The notes under the pieces are model-generated. The model made no database searches and had not been told where the DNA came from. It saw nothing but the letters and a program-made list of their open reading frames with translations. Position numbers and translations under genes: made by a program. This document shows positions 25,755-38,609 of a stretch of 64,000 bases of DNA, piece after piece; position 1 is the first letter of the stretch; each line of letters starts with the position of its first letter. This stretch comes from Guillardia theta CCMP2712 (taxonomy: Eukaryota; Protista; Cryptophyta). The stretch covers positions 11,582 to 75,581 of the forward strand of contig NW_005434479.1 of the NCBI RefSeq assembly GCF_000315625.1, read 5' to 3'.

Positions 25755-27984
25755 CCAAGAAGTAATTCTACCTCATTGATGTTATCAAATCGTTTGAGTT
25801 GGCGCTGAAGTTCCAACGAGAGGACGAGAAGAACATCTTCAATCTCTGAGGCGTCCTCGACCACAGAAATCCCTATCCCCTGTTCTCCTCCCCCTCCTTC
25901 ATCTCCTCCCTGAGACCTTTCGTCTCTTTCTAGCGATAAAAGCGCTCTTTCCGTGTACTAGAAACAGCTCAGTGGTTTGGATTGCAAACCTGTTAAATCT
26001 CCAGCTCATCCCTCCTCCTCGTCTTCCTCCTCCTCATGCATCCATTACATGTGTCACTCCCTGACCTTCTTTCTCCTTTCTTCCTCTTCCTCCCCCATTT
26101 CTGTCCCTCTCCTCTTCATACCTTACTGCTATCCTCCTGCTCCAATATCTCCAAGACGAGCTTCCTGGGGATGGCGGGGATGGAAGGCGGCAGGCTCACT
26201 CGGTCCTCTTCATTGTTCTGCTCCACAAACCCAAACCTCGTGAAGATGGCAAGGTTGGGAACCTGCAGGAGGAGAACGATGGGGAGAGAGGGAGACGAAG
26301 AGGGAGACGAAGAGGGAGAGGGAGAGAGGATGTAAGAAGGGAGTTGAAGGTAATTTGCAAGTACGACATGCCAGACAAGACGAGGAAGAGAAGCAGGGGG
26401 AGCACGGGGGGGCGGGGGGAGAGGGGGGTAGAAAGGTGAGTGGGAAGAGCGCGCAGGAGGGGGAGAGGGGCAGGGTGTCAGCTGAAGAAAGGGGGCAGGA
26501 ATCTCACATTGCGAGCATAAGGATGGGTCAACTCTTCTCCGGCCTCGATGTCTCTGCACGCTTCTGCACAGATCCGATCGCCATGCTGGATGAGGCGACA
26601 GTTCGGCTCGCGATCGTGATTGAGCAGGTCGATGAAGGGAACAAGCCCTCCTCGCGACCTCTTCTTCCCATCAACCTTGTCACTGGATCAGGCACAGAGG
26701 TAGCAGCAGCAGCAGCAGCAGCATTCACCTGCTGATCCCAGAAGTGGAAGCATCTTGACAATACCTGATGAGGAATGAGAGATGGGCGGGCAAGAGTGTC
26801 GAGGAGGAAGGAAGGTAACGACAGAGAGGGAGGGGGCGGCTAGGTGAAGAATGCTGACCATGCTGTTGGCCCAGAACAGCACAGGAGGGACCCCTCCCGT
26901 CCCCTTGAGCTTCTCCCACGCAGCTCGCAGCTTCGCGCGATGGTCAAGGAGGAGGAGAGAGACATGCGGGTCGACGGTTGCGAACTCCTCGAGCATGGCG
27001 CGGGTGAGGTTGGAAGGGATCTCCTTGCTGTCGGTGGTTGGGAAGAGCCACCAATACTCCGACCAGAAACCTTGACAGAAGTCATGAAGCATGTAGAAAG
27101 AAGAGGAGGAGAGAGGAAGGGAGAAGAAGGGAGAGGAAAGGAGAGGAAAGGAGAGGAGGAAGGAGACGTGCTAGTGGCAGTGGTGGAAATGTGAAGGATG
27201 GAAAGGAGGAAGAAGTCTGGGAGAAATGAGATATTGGAAGGATAGAGAGGGAGCTGAAGAGAGGAGGTAGTGAGAGGAGAGAGAAGGAGAGGAGAGGAGA
27301 AGGTAGTGAGAAATGAGGAAAGAGAAGGAGAGGAGAGTTTAAGCAGAGATCACCCGTGCCATCGAAAGCGGCTTTCTCAAGCACCTCCATCAGTTTGCCA
27401 GTCAAAGCGATCTCAGAGGTCCAGGCAATTCGCTTCTTGTCGAGGTCGCTTATGTTTCCTGCCACACGTGCTGTCAGAGAGATTCAAGAGAGAAGAGAAC
27501 ATGCCTGCTGCATCTATCACCACCTGCCCGTCCTCGTACTTCACATCCTCAAGATCGATCTCGTGGAAGATGCAGAACTCCAGAGGAACAGCAACTGTTA
27601 CATCCCCTGACGACAGATGTTCAAAGTTTGAGGAGGCAGAGACATCGAGAAGAAGGCATTGACAAGGTCTCACCTGCCTTGAACGATCTGTTTGCGAACA
27701 ACCCTCGTCCTCGCATCCCACTGTCAAGATCAGCATATACCTCCAAAGGATACTGCAAATGCACACAAGTCAGGGAGTCTTAAACATTGTTCACCATCCC
27801 ACCTTGGAAAGAATCTCATGAAACCTTTCCTTCGTCCTCTCTTCATCGGATTTTTTCATTTCTTGCTGATTTCATTCAACAAGGACCTGTCAAGAAGGAA
27901 CTCAATGGAGTATAAATTGCTGGAGATGCGAAGACTTCCTAATGTACAGACAAGAAACTGGAACAACAACCGTCTTATTCGCAT
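24340..27984 (-). CDS. SET-domain protein lysine methyltransferase, Rubisco LSMT/SETD3-like, multi-exon; ends approximate
   Basis: Spliced motifs GMRGRGLFANRSFKAG, FWSEYWWLFP, GLVPFIDLLNHDREPNC...ACRDIEAGEELTHPY (minus frame ~26680-26515), VPNLAIFTRFGFVEQNNEEDRV. Confidence 0.85.
25611..25752. repeat. (GGCAGGGA)n and (GCAGGA)n intronic microsatellites
   Basis: Directly visible inside a SET gene intron. Confidence 0.9.
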
Positions 27985-28220
27985 CACTTCACCTCCTTTC
28001 CTCCCTCCCTTCACCCTCCCTCTCTCCTTCGCCCTGCACTTCGTGCTTCAATCATTCCCCGACGGCCTCATTTCGTAAAGTCCACATCCCCACTCTGACC
28101 AATAGGATGGTACCGATTGATATGCCACCACCATACTCCCTAGCACCTTCCTACGACTCCTATAACCCTACCCCTTCCGAGCTAGACATACGGAGGGGTG
28201 CTTCCAATCGTGGCTTTTAG

Positions 28221-28483
28221 CATCGCTCCATATCTACATGACCATCGCTCCATATCTACATGACCATCGCTCCATATCTACATGACCATCGCTCCATATC
28301 TACATGACCATCGCTCCATATCTACATGACCATCGCTCCATATCTACATGACCATCGCTCCATATCTACATGACCATCGCTCCATATCTACATGACCATC
28401 GCTCCATATCTACATGACCATCGCTCCATATCTACATGACCATCGCTCCATATCTACATGACCATCGCTCCATATCTACATGA
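28221..28483. repeat. Minisatellite, 22-bp unit CATCGCTCCATATCTACATGAC x ~12
   Basis: Perfect tandem copies with no spacers. Confidence 0.95.
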
Positions 28484-28732
28484 TCGTCACTCCTTCGTGC
28501 CCTCTTCCCCTCCTTTCCATGATCCTCTTTCCTCACAACACGATCATCCCCTCCTCGTCGCTTGCATTTCTCGTCCTTACTTATCACTCTCTCGTATCCT
28601 TCTATTTTTCGATTGAAATTCATCTCCCTAATGTTTCACACACTTTCCTCCCATTGTCTTGTCTTCCACCTTGTCGTCTTGTGCATCAACTCATCGATGT
28701 AGAATGACGTTTATCCCTTTCATATTATTGAC

Positions 28733-28813
28733 GTGATAGTCCTAGTCTTCCAAGTTCATTCGTGATAGTCTTAGTCTACGAAGTTCATTCGTGATAGCCT
28801 TAGTCTTCCAAGT
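28733..28813. repeat. Imperfect 29-bp tandem repeat x ~3 (GTGATAGTCYTAGTCTWCSAAGTTCATTC)
   Basis: Directly visible; it abuts the duplicated segment. Confidence 0.8.
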
Positions 28814-30100
28814 GTGTCACTCGTCTCATTCATGCATCTTTGCCCTCCTTTCCCATTTGTCCTCATCACGATCCTACTCTTGCTGAATGACCTCCCCTCC
28901 ATACCTCCCCCCCTCCCCCCCCGACCTTCACCCCCTATGGTGCCTTTGCTTGTCGTAGCGCTTCTCGTCATTGCGTATCATGGCATCCTGTCTTTCATCC
29001 ACTGCCATGGTTGTCGATCAATCGACACAGTCAGCTGCTCCCTCCTCGCCTGCCAGCTCTTTCTTGGCTGAGAAGTCTGATCAACTCGAGCAGGCGCGGG
29101 AAGCTGTAGACAGGAGACTTGACGGATGTACTGACAACTGTGTCGTCAATGCCGTCGGCAGCCTGTCTACAACCCCGAGAGCACACGAGAAAGCGCACTT
29201 CCACACCAAAGGATTCTTGTGAAGGCATGTAAGCTCCCCATGAATGATGTAAATTGCCACTTGGGTGGGTTCAAGACCTGGAGTATTATAAAAAGAGAAT
29301 CTGCTTTACAGCGCTTTGTTGACAGTGCCCAGGGAAATTGGCGTGAAGAGAGCAGGATCAACAATTCTTACAGCATTTAGTTCATATTAATCTATCCAGA
29401 AGTCGATGGCGTTGAGGTTCATCGACATGATCTTTCCGTATGTGAGGGCCCTGACCTGCAGCGGCAGTGAGATCAAACATCCTCTGCCGGCCAGCCCCGA
29501 CCTGTCCGTTCCGGCAGACGTGGATCGAGTACTGACAGAAGTGACCCTGAATGAGAGTGAGCACAGAGAGGAGGAGATGGCTTCCAGAACAACAATGATC
29601 TACAGAGAAAGGAACGAGGGGTGTGCTAGGAGGAGGAATGTGTGTAACGACCTCTGCCGTGCAATAGCTTCCGTTGAAAATCAAGCGGTAGGGAGGCCAC
29701 CTGAGGCATGGCTTGTCAAGAGCGTCTCGATCGAGATGTCTTGTGCTCACAAGCTGTCGGGCAGTGTGAGCATCAAAGCTCCCTCATGGTCTCCTCTTGG
29801 TGAACTTCCTGTGACTAGCCCGTTGAAGAGGCAGCGACGTCCTTCACGCCTGGCGAACACAGGGCCGTAGACCTTAGCCATGATCAGCACAAGAAGAGGC
29901 CATGTGGGTGTTGAGCAAGCACCGGCTCGTTTGTCGCTTTGAAGCTGAGAGGTGCCAACACTCGTCAGGCTGGACAACAACGCTCGAGCTTCACTCACCC
30001 GTTCTGCAAGTTGAGCATATGCTGCTCGTAGTCGCCCAGTAGGATTGATACCTGCCGTTCGAGCTGGAGGAAGCGAGCTTCGAGAGACGTGTTCCTGCGC
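28803..30100 (-). pseudogene. Truncated near-identical copy of part of the multi-exon gene at ~40.1-42.4 kb
   Basis: 28803-28894 matches 40960-41051, and 29181-30100 matches 41052-41971 (920 bp, a handful of substitutions); both ends lack the rest of the gene. Confidence 0.85.
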
Positions 30101-30610
30101 ACTACATCACCATCTACATGACCATCGCTCATACCTTATCTACATGACCATCGATAACCCTTTCATACGGGGGCAAGCCACTGACAATCATTTGAGATCC
30201 ATCTTCCTTGAATCCAATCTTGCGATAAATTGGTAACCATTTCTCAATCAATAGAGTCTTATCCTGATCCGTTGCCCTAAGCTGATACATACCTAGATAC
30301 TTAACTCCCTTCCATCTCTTTGTCTGAATAGGATCCAAAGGTATTTCCACTAACAATATTCTGAAAATCTGCTTGCTGAACCGGAAATCCTTCGGTAGTG
30401 TCAAAGGGTACATACCACAACTTGATCTTTGTATTTTTACAAAATCACCCTGCAAGATGCGAATGCTGATATCTATTCAGCTGAGGAATCAGCTAGTGCT
30501 GAATCCTCTGATCAGGAACCAGTCCTCTCCAATCGGACTCTCGTGAATGTGCTGATGAACTCCAAAAATTTCAATTCTAGTCGCATTCCGATCTACAAAG
30601 GTTCTCCTAC

Positions 30611-32560
30611 ATGCTCGAGCACGATATCATCGAACCGTCCAACAGTGAGTTTGTCTTTCCTGTGCTTTTCAGTCGACGTCCCAACGATCCACGCTCCCCA
30701 ACTGATCCCAAAAGCTACCGTTTTTGCTGCGACCTTCGCCGCTTGAACCAAGTCGTCTTCAATCAGCAGACCGCCGCAACTCCTACAGTCGACGAGATCA
30801 CGGTTGGAAAAGATCGCCGACATCGTCCGTCAAGGCCAGCAAGTCCTTCATGATCTGCCCAATACGTTCGCTCATATTGATGACATAGTAATCGCTACGT
30901 ATTCGACCTGGGAAGCCCACGCCGATCATGTTCGAGCCGTGCTGACACGCTGTCGCGAACATCAGATTTTTCTCAAGAAAGAGAAAGCTCAATTCTTCCG
31001 TACCAGTGTTGACTTCTTAGTTTAGTTAGGCCACCGCGTCTCCGCCGACGGACGGTGACGACGCAACATTCCAAGACGGCGGCTATCTCCGCGTTGCCGC
31101 TACAAACGACTACCAAACGCCCCGGCCTGACTGACCTTCTCCGCAAGGGCGCTCAGTTTCTGTGGACGGCAGCATGTCAAAGCGCGTTCGACAGCCTTTC
31201 TCGACTGCAGTCGCTCCTCATCACGAGCAACTCTCTCGCCCAGAGGACGGCTTCTTGCTCGCCTTCACCGTCAGCGCCTTGCAGCCTTTGTTGGACCCCT
31301 ATTATCCAACGTCTCTGCGCCAAGTCTTTTGTAACTTCTTGTTTTACACAGATTCGTTGCGCCGCATTCGCCTGTGTATTCCGCAAGCCTTGCGTCGAGA
31401 AGTTCTCTTCCGCGCCCATGACCTTCAGTCCCACCTCGATTGGCCCCAGCTTCGGAAAGACACCGAGCTCTACATCCTGTCACATGCCAGCATTGTCTTC
31501 AAGGGAAATCTTACCGTCAACGACCCATGGGCAAACCTCATTCCCATGCCGTTCCCTCGACACGCTTCGAAGTCGTCAGTCTCGACTTCAAGCTGACTGG
31601 CTCCCACGAACTCGAGACAAGAACGATGCCAATCTTCTCTTCATTGACGAGTTCACAGGGTGAGTTTACACTCACCCCCTGCAAGAAATCGATCACCTCC
31701 AAACAAGGCTGCTCAAAAATTCATCATGCAAAACCGTCAAGTCCTTATCAGCGACAGCGCTGCCATCTTTTCGTCCAGCCTGATTCTGGAACGCGCTCTT
31801 CAAGATGCTAAACGTTCACGTGAAGCATTCGTCGCCTTCTATGCCTCAAAGCAATGGTCGACCCGAGCGTATGAACTCCGTCGTCCTCGAAGCTCTACGT
31901 ATCTACACCACGCAGTATCTGGAGACTCACCTTAACTCAGCTGTCCGCCGTCCCATCGGTTTCAGCCCTTTCGAAGTCATGTTCGGCAAACATATCAGGA
32001 CGCAACTTTCTCTGCCTTCACCTGACGATCATCAGCACGAGACCCTCGACTCCGACATTCGCGAAGCAACCGAGGTCAGCGCCGAAGCGAGCTGCTCTCG
32101 AAGCTGCAGCGCGTGCCACCGAAGCTCGCCTTGCCCAAGTCCGTCGTCCCTGCCGCTATCAAGTTGGAGATCTGGCTTGGCTCTCAACCACCAACCTCAA
32201 CATCCCCCTCGCTTCGTTGGTCCCTTCCGCATCCTGGAATTTGTTTCAGACAACACCGTTCGTCTCGACCTCTCTCCTCGCTTCGCATCGATCAGAAACA
32301 CCGTCATCAACATCAAGTGGCTTCGTCCGCATACAGAGCGCGACCCTGCCTATCAAGATCCCCAGCGACCACCCGAACCTCTGGCCACCAGAGACGGCTT
32401 GGAATACGAGATCGAGAGCATCCTCAGCAAACGTCGTCGCGGTCGAGGTATTCAGTACCTTGTTAAGTGGACAGGCTATGATCAAGTCAGCGAGAACAAT
32501 TGGCTTCCTGCTCGTGAATTGCAGAAGAAATCAGGTCTCCGCGAACTCATTCGTCATCCA
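30611..32560 (+). mobile_element. Degenerate chromodomain-containing Ty3/Gypsy LTR retrotransposon (chromovirus) pol remnant
   Basis: RT: IIEPSNSEF..PVLF..YRFCCDLRRLN, FAHIDDIVI..HADHVRAVL..FLKKEKAQF; connection LTDLLRKGAQFLWT..CQSAF; integrase: LCIPQALRREVL..HD, FEVVSLDF, PQSNGRPERMN, FSPFEVMFG, RFVGPFRI; chromodomain EYEIESILSKRRRGRGIQYLVKWTGY..NNWLP. Many frameshifts and deletions; no LTRs found. Confidence 0.93.
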
Positions 32561-33090
32561 ACGCGCTGGGCTCATCCGACTGGTTTGAAGTGGAACTTTA
32601 ATTCCTGTCGTTCCTCTCCTCATGGTAAGAGCGAAGGTCAAGTTGGAACTGAGTTGTCTAGCGCAGGTGGGAGCCTAGCGATGTTGTATCAATGAGGATC
32701 CGGAAACACACGCCGATACTCGTCGGAGTCTGAATTTCCCCCACTTGCATGCACAGCGAGTGTGGTGGTTGTGCGTAGTTTACCTCCCAGTAAACTTAGA
32801 GACTTCTATCTTCTGCTTCTCTATCTTCTCCATCCTTACTTTACTCGTGTCGTTGACAATCTCTGTGTTGTGTATACAACAGACTTGGTTAATTTCAACA
32901 TCGTCAAAACAGATAACATCGCGAGCGTCGCAACCGTCGAACCACTACGGACCGTATATTTTCAACCGCTACTAAACCGAATAGGCGTAATATCGCAGTG
33001 ATCCACAATGATGGCTGACCTGAACGTCCAAGTCACTCATGACCGTACGGTCCACCGTCAGTCCAAGTCCTTGCTAAAAAAAACAGGTGC

Positions 33091-33185
33091 GACCGTAACT
33101 TAATAAAGAACACGAGACCGTAACTTAATAAAGAACACGAGACCGTAACTTAATAAAGAACACGAGGCCGTAACTTAATAAAGAA
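33091..33185. repeat. 25-bp tandem repeat GACCGTAACTTAATAAAGAACACGA x ~3.8
   Basis: Directly visible. Confidence 0.9.
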
Positions 33186-33823
33186 AACTGACACGAGTTT
33201 TTGGTGGAAAGCTCCATGCATTCACATTCTTCCGCGTATCCTGTACGATCTCGGACCTACAGCAGGTCACAGAGGGCTGATCGGCAGATCGGCAACGCCG
33301 AATAATGTTTTAAAGCGACCAGCTGTAGGTCACTGCTGCTCGCTGTGATAGTAACGGCGGTACTAGGAGGGAGGAGATCACAACATAGTGTAATGTTACG
33401 CGTTGCTATCGGAAACAAGATGTGTATTGCCGTACTGTTTATTACTCATCGCCACTCAAGGGCCTCTTCCTCTGGGCTCGGGATTGCGCTTTAAAACATT
33501 ATTCGGAGTTACCGATCGGTGGCACCACCCACCTCAGGGCTCACTGCAGGCGGGGGTAGTCATTACTACCGCAATCACTTCAAAAGGGAAGGAAGGGACC
33601 GGAAAAAGGCAGAGGAGCGGATGTACAACCCTGCAGGGAGGGCGGGAGGGAGGGAGGGAGGAGAGGGAGGGAGGGAGGAGAGGGAGGGAGGGAGGGAGGG
33701 AGGGAGGGGGGCAGGGGGAGGGAGGGAGGAAGGGAGGGAGGGAGGGAGGGAGGGAAGAGCAGAGCAAAGCAGGAGAGGGATGGACAATCTGCTGGATTGA
33801 TGATATACACTCTTGCAGGAAAC

Positions 33824-36800
33824 ATGGAAAGCTTATTTTCATTGTCTGTACAACCTGCAAGAAAGAACTTGTTCAGAGATGATGAAGGGCGACTTGTATT
33901 TCTGAATTACGTTGTCAGGTGTCCTTGCATTTCTCTCTTCCTCGCGATCATGATTGCCCTTGCCGTGTCTATCATCCCTCTTGCTGCTTTCAGCGAGAAT
34001 CCATTCACTGACGATCAAGCACAATATGTGTTGAATGACGTCAGATCGATCAAGTATGATACATTGCGACTCGCATCAGAAGCAGTTTCAGCGGATAGAA
34101 GCAAAGTCATGGTTGAAGTTGAGAAGACGCCTCTAAAGACCCAATCTGAGTCAGTCGGCATCTTCTACTGGATATATGAAGCCAAGACAGATCAAGGCAT
34201 CTTCACAAGAGATGCAATGATGGACATCCACAAGGCAGAGACAGAGATCATGAAAGATCCCCGTTACAAAGATTACTGCTTGAGAAGTTACGGTAACGCC
34301 ACGATGTATGAGCAGACAGAATGTGCACGTCCCTTGTCGGCGACTCTCATTTTCTTTGCGGAAGAATGGGATTCAGCGCTTGTGAAATCCGTCACTGACC
34401 GTCTCAAACAACCAGGACTGGCCGAGTTGTACAAGAAGCTTGGTGATGACATTCATGTCTTGTCCTGTTCACTGACTCATTGTCTTGTAGCTCCATGCCT
34501 TGAGTTCTACAGTAACTGTGAGACGGCTCGCAAAGGTGTGTCAGTAGCGGACTATGCGGAGGCACAGAAACTCTCTGACGACATCACGGGCATCATGAAA
34601 TGGTGGAATGGGAAGAACACGGAAGTGGCTGGAGATGCAAAGTGAGTTGAATGCGTCTTTGAAGTTCCCTGACTTGACTGACATGATTTGCTTTCCAGAG
34701 AGATTGCACAGTTCTGTGCTCTTCTACGACAGTTTCCTACGAGACTACCTTACATCGACTTCTACTTTGATGGAGGCTTTACTTCAGAGAATCCGATCAG
34801 CATGTACTCACGCTCCTTGTACCAATGGGGGGGACCACTGAAGGGCTACACGCTCGTGGACGGAGAGCAAAAAGACAAACAGGATCAAGGTCTGTAAGCG
34901 AGATGACTGTTGAGAGAATGACAACTAACTTGCCAGAGTTGAAGAAATGGATCGTAGACAATCATCTCAACGAAATCAACAAGGCAGCAAGCTCGAGCTA
35001 CAGTAATCATGTAAATTTGTTCTACTTCATGTCCGCATTGATCTTCGATGTCTTCACACGGATCCTTGCCGCCGACGCAATGAACGCCTTGATGAGCCTC
35101 CTCATGGTCTTTTTCTACGTCTGGTACATGACCGGCTCGGGCTTCCTCGCAATGATCGGCATGATCGAGATCATCCTCAGCCTCCCGACCGCCTGGTTCT
35201 TTGTGCGATTCATCTTCCAAATCAAATATTTCGGCGGGCTGAACATGCTGTGCATCTTCATTGTGTGCGCGATCGGAGCCGACGACATCTTCGTGTTCAT
35301 GGACGCGTACAACCAGTCCAAGGTCAAGGGGAAGCATGTCAACAAGGACTTGGCCACGAGGATGAGCTGGGTCTACAGGAAGTCAGGACTCTCCATGTTC
35401 CTCACCTCTGCTACGACTTGCGCTGCATTCCTCTGTTGCCTCTCCTCCCCCATCGCCGGCACTCAAAGTTTTGGCATTTTTGCGGCTCTTGTCATCCTTG
35501 CTGATTATCTCTATGTGATGAGCATGTAGGTTTTGTTCACCTGCTGAGCTTCAGCTGGTGTGTGCTCTTCTCACATTTTCCTTGCAGATTTTGTACGGCT
35601 GTAGTCGTCTATCACGATTATTTCGAAAAGCCGCCGTTGTGCCGGTTGGCAGGATGTTGTGGATGCTGCGTGAAAGATTGTTCAAGAATCAGACCACGCT
35701 CGACCGAACTTGCTCTTCAAAACAGCCACGAGGACGGGAGAGAATCTGAAGCAGAGGACAAGATCACTGTCTTCTTCTCCACTACCTTCTCCAACTTCAT
35801 CTTGGACTACAGGTCGAGGATAGGGATTGCCATTGTCCTCATCGGATGGTTGATCCCTGCGCTTATCTACACGACCAAGTTGAAGCCCACGACCAGGACT
35901 GAGCAGTTCTTGAAGGACAGTCATCCCCTGCAGCGTTCACTCTCCATTCTCGCCGACCAGTTTCCCACCTCCTCGCAAGACCGCGGGCTTGACGTGTTCT
36001 ACGTGTGGGGCCTGGAGGACCTCAGCAGGAAGGGAGTGAACCAGCTGTTGGATGACAAGTTCCTCGGAGAGGCAACGTTCAATTCCTCCTGGAAATTTTC
36101 TCCTGCATGCCAGCAGAAGATCTTCGAAGTCTGCCTTCACATCTACAGTTCGCAAGACCTGAACGAGCTGATCAAGCTCAAAGACGATGCGACTCTGTCA
36201 CATCGCTGCTTCCTCTCTGAGTGGAAGGAGGCAGTGGACAAGGAGAGCTGGGGAAACTCACAGGGATGGGTTGACACCGAGCAGGTGGACAAAAAGATGC
36301 AGCAGTTCTTGTCAATGTCGACGAGGCAGTCAACCAGCAACCAGCTCATGCTGGACTACTACAACGAGCTGGGAGCTGACCAGATTGGCTTTGATGGGAG
36401 GCAGCTGAGGTTTATAGCCATCTCTGTGGAGGCTAAACATCTCGACCAATGGAGCAATCCGTCAGAGAGCTTCACTCGCTCCTACTACGACCAATTCAGC
36501 CGGCTCGGCGACGAGTTCAACAAGATAGCCGAGGCAGAGTGCGGGGAGGTGACGATGACGGATATGGACAAGAGGTTCATCTTGATGAACAACCAGAAGA
36601 TCTATCGCACCTCGGCCATCCAAGGAGCGGGTATCGGGATTGCAATAGCCTTTGGCGTGCTTCTTCTGGCCACGCGGTCCCTTCTCATCTCCTTCTTTTC
36701 CTCTCTGTCCATCCTCGCGACCATGCTCTCCGTGATCGGCCTTACGACGATGATGGGATGGGAGCTCGGGACCATCGAGGCGATCTTGTTCTCCATCCTT

Positions 36801-37327
36801 GCAGGCTTCAGCGTGGACTACGTCGTTCACTTGGCGCACTCATACGCAACATGCTGCGGAACGAGAGAAGAACGACTCCGCAAAGCCTTTACAGAGATGG
36901 GATCTCCTGTCTTCAGCGGTACCTCCATGTCTTGTTCCTCACTCCTCATGCTCCACATGCTGCTGATCCCAGAAACTCGTGCAGGCATGGTCACGTCAGT
37001 CATGGCTTCTATCCCTTTGTTCCAATGCCAAGTCGGTCAGTTGCCGCCAACTTGTTTGCTTCTCCTCCTCCTGCCTTCTTACTTGTTTCAGTTTTCTTCT
37101 CTGTGTTTGGCACCTTCTTGTGCTTCACTATCCTTTTCTCGTGGATATTCGCCAACTTTGGCTTCATGTGAGTTGAGTTGACTCCTACCCCTGTCATCCT
37201 TTTCAAACACTCACAATGCGCATCTCGAAGGAGCATCATGGCCACTCTTGGCCCCGCCACAGCTGACAAGGAGGAGCAACCTGGCGCGGATCCAACAGTG
37301 GTGTTCTCATCAGAAGAAGTTGACTGA
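33824..37327 (+). CDS. Dispatched/Patched-family sterol-sensing-domain (RND) membrane transporter, multi-exon
   Basis: TM4 motif AIGADDIFVFMD, TM10 motif GFSVDYVVHLA, SMFLTSATT, SFGIFAAL, two large luminal loops, final SIMATLGP; short GT-AG introns join ORFs 33797, 34688, 34825 and 35562; a further 5' exon is possible. Confidence 0.9.
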
Positions 37328-38110
37328 GATCAACAAGAATGCTGCAAAGTCTCGCAATTTGATGGACGAAAACGAAACATCACACACTTGTCACAAAACG
37401 AGCACTAAGTTGGTGCCGGGTTTGCTACTATCTTTTGCTTCCCACTTTTCAGTAAAAGAGGTTCACAATTGTTGTGCCCTGGAGCGCACTACTGGCACTA
37501 CGCACGACCGCTGCGAGTAGCACTGAAGATCGGATTCTTCGTCGATCTTGCTGTCCGAGAGATGAGTTGTCGTCTGAAGTTTTCAACCCTTCCTTTCACA
37601 CCGACTTGCTCCCTCTGATCGAGCTGCTTGAGCGTCGGACTGGAACTCGTGCCGTGAAGGGAGTGCTGCCTGAGGAGGAGGAAGGGAGTGCTGCCTGAGG
37701 AGGTTGCTGATGTTACCGGTGGAACTCGAGAGCCGCGGGAGGAGTCACCGAGCCATCGCCGGGCCTCGCCAACTTAATCCGCACTAACTACCCTCTTTCT
37801 TGCTAGCAAAGGTCGCCGGTAGCGCACATGGACGATGAAAACCAGTGCGGTTACATGAACTTCTTAGAGAGAAAGTAGTAGATCGGACTCCGAGCCCGGG
37901 GTAGAACCTCGTAGCGATGAGAGAGGGCCCGACCAATGACTTCGCTGACATGACGCAGGATGGACGATCACGGGGCTTCGGAGAATCTACAGGCCTTGAA
38001 GCACAGCAGGAAAGATGCCAAGGGTAGTCTTTCCTTGTACCCTATTGGCCGATCGGAGTGAGCACCCATGCTTCTTGGGAGCATCGCTCATAAAAATTAG
38101 CAGGGTCTAC

Positions 38111-38194
<84 letters not shown>
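38111..38194. repeat. (TCTG)n microsatellite
   Basis: Directly visible. Confidence 0.95.
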
Positions 38195-38195
<1 letters not shown>

Positions 38196-38609
38196 ACTCC
38201 CCTCTCTCAGTCTTCTTTTTTCTTCAGCTGTCTCCTCTCGAGCCTAGGAAACTCAACTTGCAGACAATCCATCAGGTACTGAGGCTGTTGTAACACTGAA
38301 TCCGATGCCATGATCTCTCAAAGATGATGTGGTAATGATCCACGAGCGCAAGCAATTTCTGACGAAGCTCTTCTCGAATGTTGAGAAGAGGGGAAAAGGA
38401 TCAGCACTAGTAGAGATGGCGGCAATGGATGCAAGACGGGGGTAGGATCAGAGTCAAGGCTCCAAGGCAGAAACAAGAGGAGTTGCTTCCCTCTGGCGCC
38501 ATGAAAACGCAGAAGAGCCGCCATCTCCCCTTGTCCAAGCAGAGCAGACAGAGCAGATAGACAGTCAGACAGTCCGACAGACAGGAGAGGAGAGGAGTGT
38601 CTCGTCACC

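Noticed and set aside
28221-28483. CRISPR-like array
   Set aside because: 22-bp units are head-to-tail with no unique spacers; eukaryotic context; no cas genes
29382-29870. Duplicated ORFs 29406..29870 / 41277..41741 as a transposase
   Set aside because: No DDE/HUH/RT motifs; splice sites indicate a minus-strand multi-exon gene
33091-33185. CRISPR-like array or LTR
   Set aside because: Plain 25-bp tandem repeat without spacers; no partner copy upstream of the Gypsy pol
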